A DNA stretch of 64,000 bases, taken from positions 41,540,001-41,604,000 of the forward strand of contig JBITNC010000001.1 in assembly GCA_050084985.1 (NCBI GenBank), written 5' to 3'. The notes beneath the pieces were generated by a model, which had not been told where the DNA came from, made no database searches, and was given only the letters and a program-made list of their open reading frames with translations. The stretch comes from Nageia nagi (taxonomy: Eukaryota > Plantae > Pinophyta). The translations under genes and the position numbers were made by a program. Position 1 is the first letter of the stretch. Each line of letters starts with the position of its first letter. This document shows positions 12,421 to 26,903 of this stretch, one piece after another.

Positions 12421-15400
12421 GACTTCCAATGATGGTACATATAGGAAGATGATAGGAGACATACCATCGATGGTAGGAATTGAGCTCCCCTATGCACCAT
12501 GTTGGGAGCATGAGAGAGAGAGAGACCCTAGATATGCCCCCATGAGGGGTAGATAGATTGGTATAGGGACATGCAAACATCTTGTAGGGGTAGGTGGTGA
12601 AAAAGTAGGAAATGAAGATGGTAGTAGAGAGTTATGTTGGGGCTCTCCAAGGAGATATATAAAAACTATTGATAGTGTATGTAGTAGTGGCTAGAGAGAG
12701 GGATTCGCTTCAAGCATGAGCTAAGGATAGAGTAGGTCCTGGTGCTGAGGTTAGTATGTAGACATATACAGTATTAATAAGATTGGGAGATAAAGTTAAG
12801 ATGATGATAGACATGACTATTTAGTCCAATACCAAGACTATAGGGATAATGATAGTATTAGGGAGGTGGGCCCTTGTAGGATAGGGAAACATGGCCAAAT
12901 AGTTATGTCAGGATCTAGATGATGTAGATACGGTGACACTAAGAGCACAAGCATGGTGCCATTAGTTGATAGAGGTAGGGATAAATTTGTTGGACCCAAA
13001 GATGTCTAGGATAACCTCACTTGTGGAGCACGTTTGGGAGCATGGCTAGGAGCTAGAGGAGTGAGGGACACTAAGTGAGATAGCCCACACCACCTCAAAG
13101 AGTTACCATAGAGATAATTATAACTATAGAGATAGGGATAGGGAAAACTATAGTAGTAGAGATGGAGATAACATGAGAGATAAGGATTAGTGCTGATGGG
13201 CCTATGAGATGTGCCATCTCATAGGTCATTGTTAGACTATTCAAGTCTCCTCTATATATCGATCAAAGCTAAGTAGTAGGGGAAAGTATCCTATCAAGGG
13301 CTTAGGTTAAGGGTCAAGGGGAGACCAACACTCCCTTTAGCTAATGTAGACATCGAGATGACCCTATACCCTAGGGGTGTAGGCATAAGACTAGACTACT
13401 ATGTATTTTTAGTGCCATAATGCATGTAGGATGTATATTTTGAGTGACAACTATGTATATGCAAGAATTTGATGTACGTTTGTGTATATATGATGGATGT
13501 ATGGACATAATATATTGTGCTATGTTATTTACATTGATATGATATGTGATGCTTTGTGACTATATGTTTATGTTGAATATGGAATGATGCATTTAATTAC
13601 ATGTCATGTATGCATTAGATAATGAATGCACTTAATGATAATGAAATGAACCTAAAATGAACATTAAAATGAACCCTAAAGGAACACCTAAAATGAACAT
13701 GTATGCTTAATCACATATGATGGAAAATGAACATGTATGAATAACACATAAAAAAATGACACTAAATGAAAAATATAAATGATTAATAAAAAGATATCAT
13801 AAAATAATGACAAATAACAAAATGCATAAACATAATATGGGTAATCATGGCAATAAGACCAAAGTGATAAAAAATAACTAAAATATACATGTACCATAAA
13901 AATGGATTAGAAATACATAAGAAGATAATAATAACACCTAATACTAAATTAAATGACACAAAATATGAAAGGAAATATACCCTAATGACAAATGAACAAA
14001 GGAAAAACTAAGAAAATGCTACCATATTCTTACCATGATAGTGCATAAAATGAGGTAGGGAAAATGCCATGTAGACCCTCTTGAAGTACTCAATTTACAC
14101 ATATCATGGAAAATAAACCACAAATTAGGTTGGGACATTTCCAAAATGCAGCCGAATTGGCCCAAAACAAGGCTGAAGTGAAATCGACATTTTCAAAAAA
14201 GTGAAAAATTATGAACTTCAATGGACAATAACAAGTGACCATATTGATGATTTGATGAACTAATTTGATGATACAATAGAAAGTAGTGTGTTATAATTTT
14301 AGGATTAAACAATTTGAAGAATTAAGGTTGTTTGATCTATTTTCAAAACCAAAATAGAAGGCTACCTGGCCCAAGGTGATAACCCTTCATTATTCATTAG
14401 AAGTGCATAATTATGAGTAGCTTGATAAATGACTTACACAAACTGACCTAGGGATGAATTTAGATTATGAAATATGACATTTTGATTGAATTTAGATTGA
14501 TAATAAATAATCAATTGATGAATTTGAAAATTGACCTGATTTGCTATGTTTAAAATGACAAAATCAGAGCCAACTTTTAAGGGTACCAAATTTCAGGAAC
14601 TTCATCCTTGAACCAAAATGAGTGACCAAATGGTTATTAAATGAATCAAAATTATACAAAATGATATGATAGCATCAAATGAGATAAAATATGAATAATT
14701 TAAAAGTCAATACCACAATGTTATGTAGGTCAATAGATGAGGGTGATTGTGTGCATGTGTGTAAAGGGTCAACTTCAAACTTTAAACAAATGGTTCTAAT
14801 GTGATCTAAAACAAATGAAATTGAATTCTTAATGATACCAATATGAAATTAAAACCAATTAAATAAACCTCTCATAAATAGTCAGGGTTAGAATGGTTTA
14901 TGAAAGGCAAATGAAACCCAATTTTAACAAAATGTAAAGGATAAAAACATGATGAAAGTGAACAAAAATGCAACAAAAGCACAACATGACTACAAATAGG
15001 ACATCAAAAAAGATATAATAGAAATAAATAGTGATAAAAAGAATAAAATAAGGACCTTCATCCATGAATTGATGGTAGTTCATCCATGTCACAAGTCATA
15101 ATAATTTTGCATGGTATTTCCCCCAAAAACCATGATAGTCTACAGTTTATGATCAATCCCAAGGGAATGAATTTTAGGAAATCTAATATTTGATTGAGAT
15201 CCAAGTGGTTGTTTCATCACTAAAAATTCATAGATCATGTATGGTGACAAGTAACATGAATGGACATGTAAACATTTTGGGGATGGGGTCTATGCATGAA
15301 TAGGATACAAAGGACCCAACATAGCAAATAAAACTAACACATGTACAAAAGCAAGAGAAAATGGTAAAGAAAATAGTAACTTGGTACAATTGAGTTAGAT

Positions 15401-15919
15401 TAGGGTTGACTTCCATGCATGTCCAAGATTGTACTTGCTTCATCATGGAATGAAGATAATGTCCAATAGCCACAACCCATATGTGGAGTAAAAGCAAGGA
15501 AATAAAATGATTCATGCAAAGTGATGAAAAAAAGATCAAAAGACACAATGATATAAGGACTGATGCATGATAGGGAGATGAGTGACTAGTGATCTTTATG
15601 CACCCATAAAAGGTAGGATGAAACTAAAAAGTGGAGAACCAACTGAGTATTGACTCCTAATGACATGATAAAAAATGAAACAAAGTCATGAAATAAGAAA
15701 AAAGATACACACATAAGCCCATGGGAATGATTGCATGTAAGACACACCTTGGTACTTAGTGTAGGATAAATGAGTAACGAGAGAAAGAAGACATGATATT
15801 AAAATAAAGCAAAGTTGAAAAGATGAGATGCAAGCACAAACAAACACAATTGATAATCCAAATACAAACAAACAAAGATTGATAAATAAGGCAAAGATTA
15901 AGCATACAATTGATGAAGA

Positions 15920-18900
15920 TGAATGATGTTAATAAGATCTAACTCTTCCTATCCTTCTAAATCTAACAAATGATAGGCACCTTCATTGAATATCTTCTTG
16001 AATATGTAAGGCCCTAACTAACTCAATGCAAACTTATCTCAAAGAGGCCTCTCAAGGTGTGGTTGTTGCTAATTCTCTTTAAGTAGCAATAACCAATCTC
16101 ATATTCTCTAGGTCTAATCTTTTGTTATACACATGTTTCAATTGCTATTGATAGACATTATGATGTTGGATAGCATTGACAGATCTCTCATCAAGAAGAG
16201 TGAGCTGATCTAAATGGTCTTTTCTAGCATCCTCATCTAGAATGAGACCTTGGAGCTAAATCCTTGAATATAGAATCTCTAACTCAAGTGACATGATGGC
16301 TTCCACACCATATACTAGTGAGAAAGGGGTTGCCCCTATAGGTGTCCTAATACTAGTGCAATAGGCCCACAAATCATAGGGGAGACACTCATGCCAATTT
16401 ATGTTATTATCATTGACCACCTTTTTCAAGATCATGATAATGGTTTTGTTATATGCTTCTTCCTGAGTATTACCCTAAGGGTAATACAACATGGAGAAGG
16501 AATGGTGAATATTGTAACCATTGCATAATGCTCTCACATGTTGACTCTTGAAACTTAGTTCATTATCTGATATAATCTTATGTAGAATGCCAAACCTACA
16601 AATAATATGAGTGTTAATGAAGTTACCAATATTAGTACCTATGGTGGACACAAGTAGCTCAACCTTGATCCACTTGGTGAAATACTCCATTACAGTGATA
16701 GTAAACTTAAGGCCTCCAAAAGAGGGAGGTACAAACTACCCTATGAGATCTAAACCCCACTATGTAAAAGATCGTATAGATTGGATAGGGTTAAGTGCCT
16801 ATGTAGGTAGATGCTACAAATGAGAATGCTATTGATATTTAACACATTTATTGACATATTCTTGATAGTCTCATTCCATGGTAGGTCAATAATACCTCAT
16901 TCTAAGAATACATTTGGTAATAATAGTTCCATAAAAATGACCACCACATATTCCATAATGACAAGTTTGCATGGAAATAGCTTGATCATAGAGCTCTAAA
17001 TAGCATAAAAGAGCACCATCGTATGATTGTTTATAGAAAATATATTCTATTATAGCATAATGAGAAGCTGTCTACTTGAACATCCATTTTTCATCTGTTG
17101 ATAAGTTAAGAGATGTAGCATTCCACTTCAGATATTCATGCAATTGCTTGTACCATAATTCATGTGGCTTGATAGTGATCTCATAAATTGAGGCTAAAGA
17201 TAGACTCTAAGGTAACAAAGTCTTAAGGACTGATTCTTAAAATTCACTATCTACATATGCTGAATTTATTGATGAGGATTAGGGGAAATAAGTGACCCTA
17301 AGGATGCCATGGTGTTCGTAAATCGACTAGATGATCTAGGGGTCATCTCAATATTTTAGGATTTAAATGATTTTATCAATTTTAATATCACATATATGTA
17401 AGTATTTAAAATCTCATTATGAAATTAATAAGTACCCAAAATATGATTTACAATTAAATAAGAATCTCCATAGATAAGCAATCTTTCAAATTTAATATCT
17501 AAGGTTGTATTAAGTCCTTAGATTAATTCCTCATATTCTACATTATTATTAGTGCATGAGAAATCAAGTTTGGAAAAATATTGTATAGAGACCCATAAGG
17601 AGTGAAGAAAATAACTCTAGACCCTCTCCCTTGTTCACATATCAACCCATCAAAGTGCATGATGATGTCATATTCTTCCTGGGGATCTACTACCTCATGA
17701 ATCTCATTAATCTTGAATACATCCTCATCAGGGAGGGTGATCTTAAGAGGTGTAGTAGCTTGAATAGGTTCCTTTGTGAATTGATCTATGATAACTTGAC
17801 CTTTGATGGACTTTTGACTAATAAAAATTAAGTCAAACTCTGATAAAAACATGATCCATTTGGTAGTGCTAGTATTATGACTTGCTCATCATATATTTTA
17901 ATAGATCATACCTAGAGATCACATAGGTGGTATGATTAAATATGTAATGCTTGAGTTTATTTGTGGAAAATACAAGTGCAAGGTAAACCTTATTGATATA
18001 ATCATACCTAAGCTCATTATCGATAAGTGTATTACTAAGGTAGTATATAGGTTACTCCTTTCCCTATTTGTTATTCTGAACTATCATGAATCCTAGTGCA
18101 AAACCAATAGTTGAAAGATATAGATGAAAGGGGACCTTATCCTTAGGAGGAATAAGAACTTGAGGATTGAGTAGGTATTGCTTGATGTTGTCAAAATATC
18201 ATTGAAAACCCTCATTCCATCAAATTGCACCCCCTTTTTAAAGAGCTCATTAAATGATTGACACTTGTCAAAAAATTAACTTATGAACCTCCTGATGGCT
18301 TGTATCTTTCCTTGAATACTTATTAAGGTTTTAAACTCATGAGATAGAGGGATGCTAATGATGTAATTCAATTTCTTAGGGTAAAAATCTATACCTCTTT
18401 TGAAAATAATAAACCCTAGCAACTTGCTTGAGTTGACCCCAAAAATACATTTCCTAGGATTCAATTTGAAATTATGCTAGAGTAACCTCTAGAAGATCTA
18501 GTCTAGCACTTTCCAATGCTGGTCTTTGATTTTATATTTGGCTATCAAGTCATCTACATAGTCCTCTATAATATCATGCATCATATCATGAAACCACCTA
18601 AGTCATGACATGCTGATAGGTTGCTTTAACATTCTTAAGTCCAAATGACATAACCTTATAATAGTACATTTCCCATTGCATAGTGAATGCAATCTTGTGT
18701 TGGTCTTGGGGAGCAATCCAAATCTATTTGTAGATGAAGAAACCATCCATGAATGATAACATCTCATATCCTATGGTATTATAAACCAAGGCATCAATTT
18801 TAGGTAATGAGAAATCATATTTGGGATAAGCTACATTGAGATATCTGAAATCTATACAAACCTTGATATGACTATTTGGCTTACCATTGGGAACCATATT

Positions 18901-21900
18901 AGAAACCCATTGGGGATAATTTATATAAATAATAAACTTGGCATCTAAGAGCTTTTGAATTTTATCCTTGATCTATAGTGACTTTGATAGATTAACCTTT
19001 CTAGGATTTTGCTTGACTGGCTTCACATATGGATAAGTAAAAATATTATGAACTACAACATTAGGATCCATGCCAGGCATATCCTAATAACCAAAGGAAA
19101 ATACCTTGGCATATAATAATAACCAAAGGAAAAGACTTTGGCATATATTTTTAATAGTGTCATGGTTGTATACCTTTTTGCTTCATCTAAAACATCTCCC
19201 AAATAAACTACCTTTGGATCTATAGGATTTTCATTGATATTTATCTCAATTGACATCCCCATGTGCATGTGAGATCCATCCTCTAAATGCTTAAATATAG
19301 GAAGGTATGCATAATAATATTTATCCAAATTTTTGATGAAATAAGATAGAATGGACGAATCAACTTCATCAAGGCAATTAGAAGAAAAAGACACATCACC
19401 CAAGATAAGTGAAGGACCCGACAAAGGAGAAGAGAAATCTATAAACAAAGGAATAATAGAATTATGTGAGTTACAATCAAAAAAAGGAACAAAAGGTTAT
19501 GAAACATCCAATATAAGGCTACATTAAGGCTTATGGAAGAAACTATTTGCGATGAAACACTCCGAAGCATGAGGACTAGATGGACCAAAATACAAGTTGA
19601 TGTCATGCTCATCATTGTGTGTCACCTCATCTTCTAGAAGATTAAGATCAACAAATTATTATTCTATAAGTTTAAGTTTAAGGCCATAATACCCTAGACT
19701 ACATTTATCTTGATTAAATTGAAATAAAATAGAAAAGTTATTGACATATCCTTGCTATTTCCATTTATCGAAGAGTTTATGCACTTGTTCAGGACATGAA
19801 AGATATTATGTTTTGGCACAAAGTTTCTCCTTGAGAAAATGCTTGAGGGGAATATAATAGAATGAATCCTCACCTGCATAAATAAAATAAGATTGTTTAG
19901 ATGTTGGCCTAGTGGGATGATAGAGCCTAGAGCATGTGGGGATTCTTGAGGTCTCCCCAAGTCTTTTATAGAGGGAATATGAAAAAGAACATAATTTATA
20001 TGATACTCCTCCTTTTTGAGAAATTAATACTTGGTGAGATTAGTTGGTGGTGAAACAACAATATTTACATGATGTTGGTTGTAAGGATTAGGACTAACTG
20101 AAGAGGAAGAGGGCTCATCATTCTACTATGAATTAGATACTAGACATGATGAAGATAAATGGAATTGATCGAGTGGAGGGAGTAGATGATAAGATGGTTA
20201 ATCATTCACATGGATGGGATCTAATGATTGGAATAAGGTCATGTAAAATCCTTAATAGACTTACCATATTGACATATAAAGGGATCCACCCCCAATCGAG
20301 ATGAGGAAGATGGTTATGAAGATGAATTAGATTGAATGGAAAACAAGGTCAAGGATGAGGGTTCATGTGAATGTGATGACATAGGATTAGGAAGATTGTT
20401 CACAAGAATGGTGATAGGCAAAAGATGCCCACATGGCATCTAAGGGGACTCAAGAGAGAAAGTGAAGTTATAGTGACTAAAGGGGTTTTGATCATCTATA
20501 ATATAATGGAATATTCTATTATGTAAATATTTAAAATATTTATGTAAAGTAGATGGAACTACCTCCATGTATTCTATCCATTATCTACCTAAAACCTTCT
20601 ACCACATGACAAGTAGCTACTACTTCTTTGATTACAAATTTAACTAGAAGAATAAATATGACCATGGTTGTAGCAAAAGTGTTATTGAGGGCTCTAATGG
20701 TAAGAATAGAAGCATTCAAAAAATTGATAGGAACCTTAAGTCTCTCAAGTGCTACAGAGGATATGACATTAATTACAGACCCATTGTCTACCAATACTCT
20801 CTTTGAAGGATGAGAATCTACATAGGTGAAAATGTACAAAGCCGGGTGCTTTGGCTTATTAGGTGGAGAATGTTGAATCTCATCTTGAAAGAAAGTAATC
20901 ATAGGTCTAGTAGTACTTTGAACAACCCCTATGAAATATCCAAAAGAATTGGGATTGTTATCATCTAGCTCAATGGCTTTTAAGATATTGTTCAAATCAT
21001 TCCTATGTTCAAAATATTGTTGTAGTAAGTCCCATAGGGATAAATTTGTTTGGGTAGTCCTAAGTTACTATTCTAACTAAGTTTGTATAGTCATTAGTTC
21101 TTTGGATCTTGAATCTGAATATGAACTCTAGCTTGAGGTAAATGTTGTGGAATTCTCACCTACCTAGGAGGAGGAGGAGGTGCTCGATCATTACCTCTAC
21201 CTATTCTAGTTTTCACCCCAATCATGTTACTATCATAAACCTCTATAATTTGATATGCTAGAGGTGAATCCATGATACTCATAAATGCATAATTAGGGGC
21301 TATATCAATACCTCCCATAAAGGGAAAATTTGACTTGATATCACTAAAACCCACCAACTCATTATTCTATCTAGGATTATAATCATGGGTAACTTGATGC
21401 ATCACTTCTGAAGAGATCTAATTGACATTATTGTTATGCCTAGGCAAAGAATCCTAAAAAATAGCCAAATTTTTGTTAGGTTGGGCCATTGTATTCCTAG
21501 TTGATACTTGCCCATTATTAATTAACCTCTAAATAGTGTTTCTAAACCAATTAATTACATTTATTAGTATCATGCCCTTTGTACCAATGGTAAATGTAAT
21601 ATTCATTATCTTTGTACTTTGGTAATTTCTCCTAATTAGGATCCTTAGGTTTAATTTCATGAACATTGACCAACTACACATCTAAAAGTTTCTTCAAAAT
21701 GTCCTCAATAGGCTTGTCCAAAGGAGTCCAAGGTTTATGTGGCCCTTGCTATTGAAGTTTCCTAGGCCTATAAGCATCTTATGGGTTATTTTGATTGATA
21801 TTCTACCTAGGTCTATCTTGTGGTTATGGTTGTAAAGATGGATTGGCCTTGGGTGGTCATGGATGAGCTAACTAAACCACATGATGTGTTGGAGGAACCT

Positions 21901-24191
21901 CATGTGATACCTGGTTACTTTGGGATTTTTGATACAAAGTACTTGGATTTTTTCCATTTTTACAGTACTTTAGACTATTGTTCTCCTTCTTTCTAACTTT
22001 GATCTCACCATATTGAACCTTGGCATCTTTTATGAACTTAGCTTGAGCGAAATCCTCATCAAAGGTATGATGTTGTTGAATCCTAAGTATAGAGGAGATA
22101 TGTTTGTTGTAGCTTTGGGAGAACAACTTGACCAATTCCTCCTAGGGAAAGTATATGGCATATTAGTGACAATATCCCTCCATCTATATACATAATATGA
22201 AATGCAATCATAATCAAACTATGATAATTTTCCTAAGTCCATGATAGGTGCTCTCTTACATATGTTTATGGCAAAGTGATCAAGAAAATTATAGGCTAAT
22301 TGCTCAAAAGAATAGATGCTATGCTATGGGAGATTATTGTACCAATCTCAATATTAAACTACAAGCATCATAGAAAATGTATTAAGCATGAGAACATCAT
22401 TTTTACTAATGATATAACAAGAATACTTAAACAATCAAAGATGTTTTTTTAGGATCCTCTTTTCCTTTAAACTTATCTATCTTTAGGATTTCAATTTTAT
22501 AAGGGAAAGTATTAGTTGGTACACTTAGATGATTGGGCTCATTACAAATAGAAGTATACAATAACTTAGACTTACCATGTTCACTAACTCAAAGTTCCAT
22601 GTCCTCTAACCATTTCAAGATTTCATCATTTACATTGGGAGATTGAGTACTAAAAATAGGTCATTATTTTGGAACCATACTGATAGGTTGATCATCATAC
22701 TACTCAAATTGGTCATCATAATAAGGTTCCTAATCCTTCCCATATGACTAATCATACTATCATGTATCAAAGGTCACCTTAGGTCCAATGTGTGTAAGAT
22801 TTCAATCCAAAACCCCTCTAGTATAAGAGTCCTACAACTGATGAATCAAAAATAGAGGGGTTCCAAGCAAAGAGGCTTGGGCATGGTGAGAAGATTCCTC
22901 ATACACATGACCATAATGAGCTATGAGGGATCTAGTGTGAGTATATATGTGAGGATGATCTTTAGGATGATGTGTGTATACTTATCATGAAGGCACCACT
23001 ACATGAGAAGAAGAAGAATAATGTGGTTGTAGTGTTGGATTGGTTGGGTATGAATGAGACTCATGCCCTACATGGACCCTAGGTGTAATGATAGGCTATG
23101 AATAGGACATAAGAACATGTGGTATAGTGGGGCAGACATGAGGAGAACTAACATGGCATTAAGGCTTAGGATCATACAAAGGATGATACACATAATAAAT
23201 CTTGGTTTGGTGTGTAAGATGTGAATCATAATATATGCAAGTCAACCTCAAACCACTAAAGAGAATCATAATAATATCTAACCCAATCACCAGGAGGGGA
23301 TGGTGGTGTATTATAGAAAATGAGACCACATGGCTCAGGGATAATAGGTGGGAAAGTTAGAGGTTTAAGACAAGGAATTGGAGGATCATGTATGGAATTA
23401 AATGCAGTTGGCTTAGGATAAGGTAGGGGTAGATCAAGTGATACATTGACATAAGGAGGTGTCCTAGGATGCAACAAAGGTTCCTCATAATAGGATGTCT
23501 CATGAGCTTCATTGACTACATAATGTGTGAAGGGATGTAGTGGAATATATCTAGTGATGGGGGAAGTGGGGATATCATTGATATGTCCATCTAATATCTC
23601 TTCCTCATGCTCAAGAATTTGAGAATAGGTAACCTTAGTGATGGTAGGTAACTATGGTGAAGGTTCCCTACTAGGGGCATCTAATGGATCAAATTGGGCC
23701 TCCTAAAACTCCTTATATAATTAATGGATCATAGGATCACTCATGAATATCTCTTACTATGACATTTGTGGCTTTGTAGAATGAATGAGAATGTGAGCAA
23801 AGTTAGGTTTAGGATGAGGCACACAGTCATCAAACTCATGTTGAGATATATGAAGAGGATCAACTTGTGAAGGATCTATGTGAGGAGGCACTATAGGTTG
23901 CTTTAAATAAATATGACCCTCTAACTAAGATAAAATAGCTCTATGAGGTATCACATGACCTCTCTCCTCTTTCTGAGGGGTGGAATCAAGAACATAGAAT
24001 ATATCTAATGTCTACTTGAAATTGAGGCAAGGTGATGCAGGGGAAAAATCACACTAGGGTGAATGATGAGGTGTAGATGATTGAATATGGGATACATGCA
24101 AATAGAGAAGAGAATTTGATTGGTTTATTTGATTATTACATTTCTCTTCCTTAGTTTCTCTAGGTCTATGTTGACCCCTAGTCTCAACCAT
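15920..24191 (-). pseudogene. gypsy gag-pol remnant (Gag, protease, RT, RNase H, additional RNase H, integrase)
   Basis: Putative start MVETRGQ at 24191. Protease VLVDNGSVINVI (20585-20995). RT EDYVDD (18549-18566) and NPRKCIFGV..KLLGF (18276-18464). RH end LSEFDL...KSIKGQ followed by aRH IMHFDG (17538-17852). Integrase YFTKW...ICRFGI..KIISDN (16475-16690). GPY motif at ~15970-16020. Confidence 0.92.
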
Positions 24192-25839
24192 ATGAACATA
24201 CCAAGGATTTTTTATCCTTAGTGGGTACATGAGACATTATGGTAAAAGGATAGGATGAATGAATCTATTAAGAAATTTTAAACAAAATCTAAATCATACC
24301 ACTATGAAAATTAAATAATGTGAAAGCAATAAATCACCCAAAAAGAAGCCTAAAATTTTGTTAAAAGATCTTATTTAATGTAGATGCACTTAATGCCAAA
24401 CAACATAAATGATAACACTCACTTCAAAAAATAAATCTAGATGATAAGATGCAATGGTGAGAGATAGAAATAATGATTATCTTTTTAATTTCTTCATTGT
24501 TCAATTTGACACATTATCTTTTTTAGTGAGGATTGATTTTAAAATGCACTTGTAAATTTTGAATCAATCTTTTTTTTTTAAATTTTCCTAAAGATGATTT
24601 TAGTCAAGTTTTAACAAGGTAAGGATCAATCTCAATGGGTGTGAATCATTTTTCAAGGGTATTCAGGTACCTCTAATGACACACATCATCAAAAGAGGGG
24701 GGTTCCCACCTTGGTGATGAAATCCAAGTATGGGTTAGGTCATGGGGATGAAGTCCACATGCCCTAAATACTCCCTAGGATTTTGAAGGACTTTGGTTTA
24801 AGAATAAAATATCATGTGTAGCCTAACAATGATATGCAATGCAATTACACCCCCAAATTCTTATCTTTTCAAATAAAATCAAGGCACTCCCCCCCAAGTA
24901 TGCTAAAATGATAATTTGTTTTTCTTTTCTTTTCAAATGGAAAATAATGCAAATATAGAAATTATTTTGATGCACCAAGAAATAAAAAATGTGACCCCAA
25001 CAATAATGAAATCCTTATATAAGATTATAAATTTTAAACACCAAAGGTAAATTTTAAAGTTTTTGCAACAACCCCCCAATATGCAATGTAAAATTCACTA
25101 AAAGAGATAGCAATCCTAGATACAAAGAGTAACCAAACAATATGGACTAAGTGCTAAAAGATATTCAAAGATTAACATGTCTAAGAATGTTCCTTCCTAC
25201 TCTAAGCTTTATGACCAAAATCAAGATTACAAGGCTCTACTATATGATCATCCACTACATGGATGACTATGGTAAAAGTGTTAGTTGTTCGGATGATTAG
25301 AAGTCATATTGACAACCATAGTGCACTTAGAGATAAAATTTAAAATTAAAAACTTAAGCTAAAATAAAAACTCTATGATAAGGATGAAAAGACACATCTT
25401 GTGATAAGGAAACCCATATTTTATAGATCAAAACTTGATCTTGGACTATTGTCACTAATATAGATGTGATCTAGATGTGAAAATGCAAAACACAACTAAA
25501 AATAGTTTACAAAAAAAAAATCATCTGGCATTGAGGCAACTATAAAATCATCCAGATGACTTGAGGGTCATACTTTAGGAGGGTGATTTATAGTTAGAAT
25601 AAGTTTGCATACATATGATTTTCTCTATGGTGATAATGGCCCTTTGAAATTTTCATATTAGGTTCTATCCATGCCTAGTAGGTTATCTTGCAAGTTTCAT
25701 GGAAAATCATTTGTAGAAACTCTCTAAAATGCAAGAAACATCCACAAATTAAGGCCACCAAAAATAAGGTTAAAGGTTTTGGGAATCCTCTTTTGTCTTA
25801 GGGTTCTAGGACTAGTAGGGTGCCACCATGATTGCTAAT

Positions 25840-26845
25840 TGTAAATGGGTCAAAATCCTTGCACGTGAACCACTCAAACACCTATGAGCAATTCCAAGAA
25901 TCTTGAAACTTTTGCATCTAATTTTCTTATGGTAATTATTGATAAGATTGAAAAAGATTGGGTTTAGCAATTCTCCTTTATGCTTTAATGCTATAATGTG
26001 GTGTCTATACCTAAAAGAAAAACAAAAATATTATGGGAGACTTCAAATCACAAGTCAAATATTATGAGAGACTTCCAATACGATCTTGAGACATAGACTA
26101 AAACAAAGCTTGTGTAAACAAATGTGATAATGCTAATTGTCAATGATTTGACAATGCTATGATAAAGATTGAATAAAAAATACAAATGCATAAATATTTT
26201 CTTAAATGATTACATATGAAAATGATAATAATGGATATAAGGCAAAGAACCCTATATTGAATGCTAGTAATGATTATTCAACAATAAATATCTTCAATCC
26301 TTAAGGTTTAGAACTTAATGGTAAAAAACCCTAGGTTGAAGTTTTAAACCTACAAATACCCATGAAATACATGATTAATAATATAAGCAACCTCAATTGA
26401 CCAAAATATACCTCAATACATGGAGCATGGAGAAGTGTTCCCAAGGTGTAAAGAGGTAAGCTCAAATATTGATGTAACCCTTCAAAAAATTAATGTCATA
26501 GGTACAAATATGCGTAGTAAATTGTAGGAGTCATAGAGCTCATGCAAATGTGTGTAAAGAAAGAAGAGTCTTGAAAAGTGATCCCAGATTGGCTTTTATA
26601 AATCTCAGCTAGGATTTTCTAGATGATTGTGTGATTTAGAGGATCATATGGGTGACTGATGAGTCATCCAAGTGATAGGAAATAAAGTGTTAAGAACAAC
26701 TTAAAGGCCAAAATAATGTTGATCAACCTATTCAAAAGTGCTACAAATAGACATAAGCTAGAAATGATAGTATATGATATGATAAATGCCATAAATATCA
26801 ACATAACCCTATCAACAATGTAAAATATGATTTAGGATATTTATA
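25840..26845 (-). repeat. 5' LTR of the Tat/Ogre element
   Basis: tgtaaatgggtcaaaatcc...ggatatttata, with internal deletions relative to the other LTR. Preceded by a decayed PBS-like tract (25820-25838, minus TAGCAATCATGGTGGCA). Confidence 0.9.
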
Positions 26846-26903
26846 GGTAATCATGCTAAGGTACAAATTCTATGTTTAATTCCTTTCATTTTGAATTATA
26901 CAT

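Larger units (their letters stand above)
8639..26845 (-). mobile_element. Ty3/gypsy LTR retrotransposon, Tat/Ogre-type, full-length but decayed (~18.2 kb)
   Basis: LTR pair ~8639-9810 and 25840-26845. PPT at 9811-9823. Gag-PR-RT-RH-aRH-INT order on the minus strand. Long 3' region with an antisense PMD ORF. Confidence 0.92.

Noticed and set aside
13688-15871. Several hydrophobic minus-strand ORFs resembling membrane or env-like proteins
   Set aside because: They are compositional artefacts of the A-rich plus strand in the gypsy 3' non-coding region.
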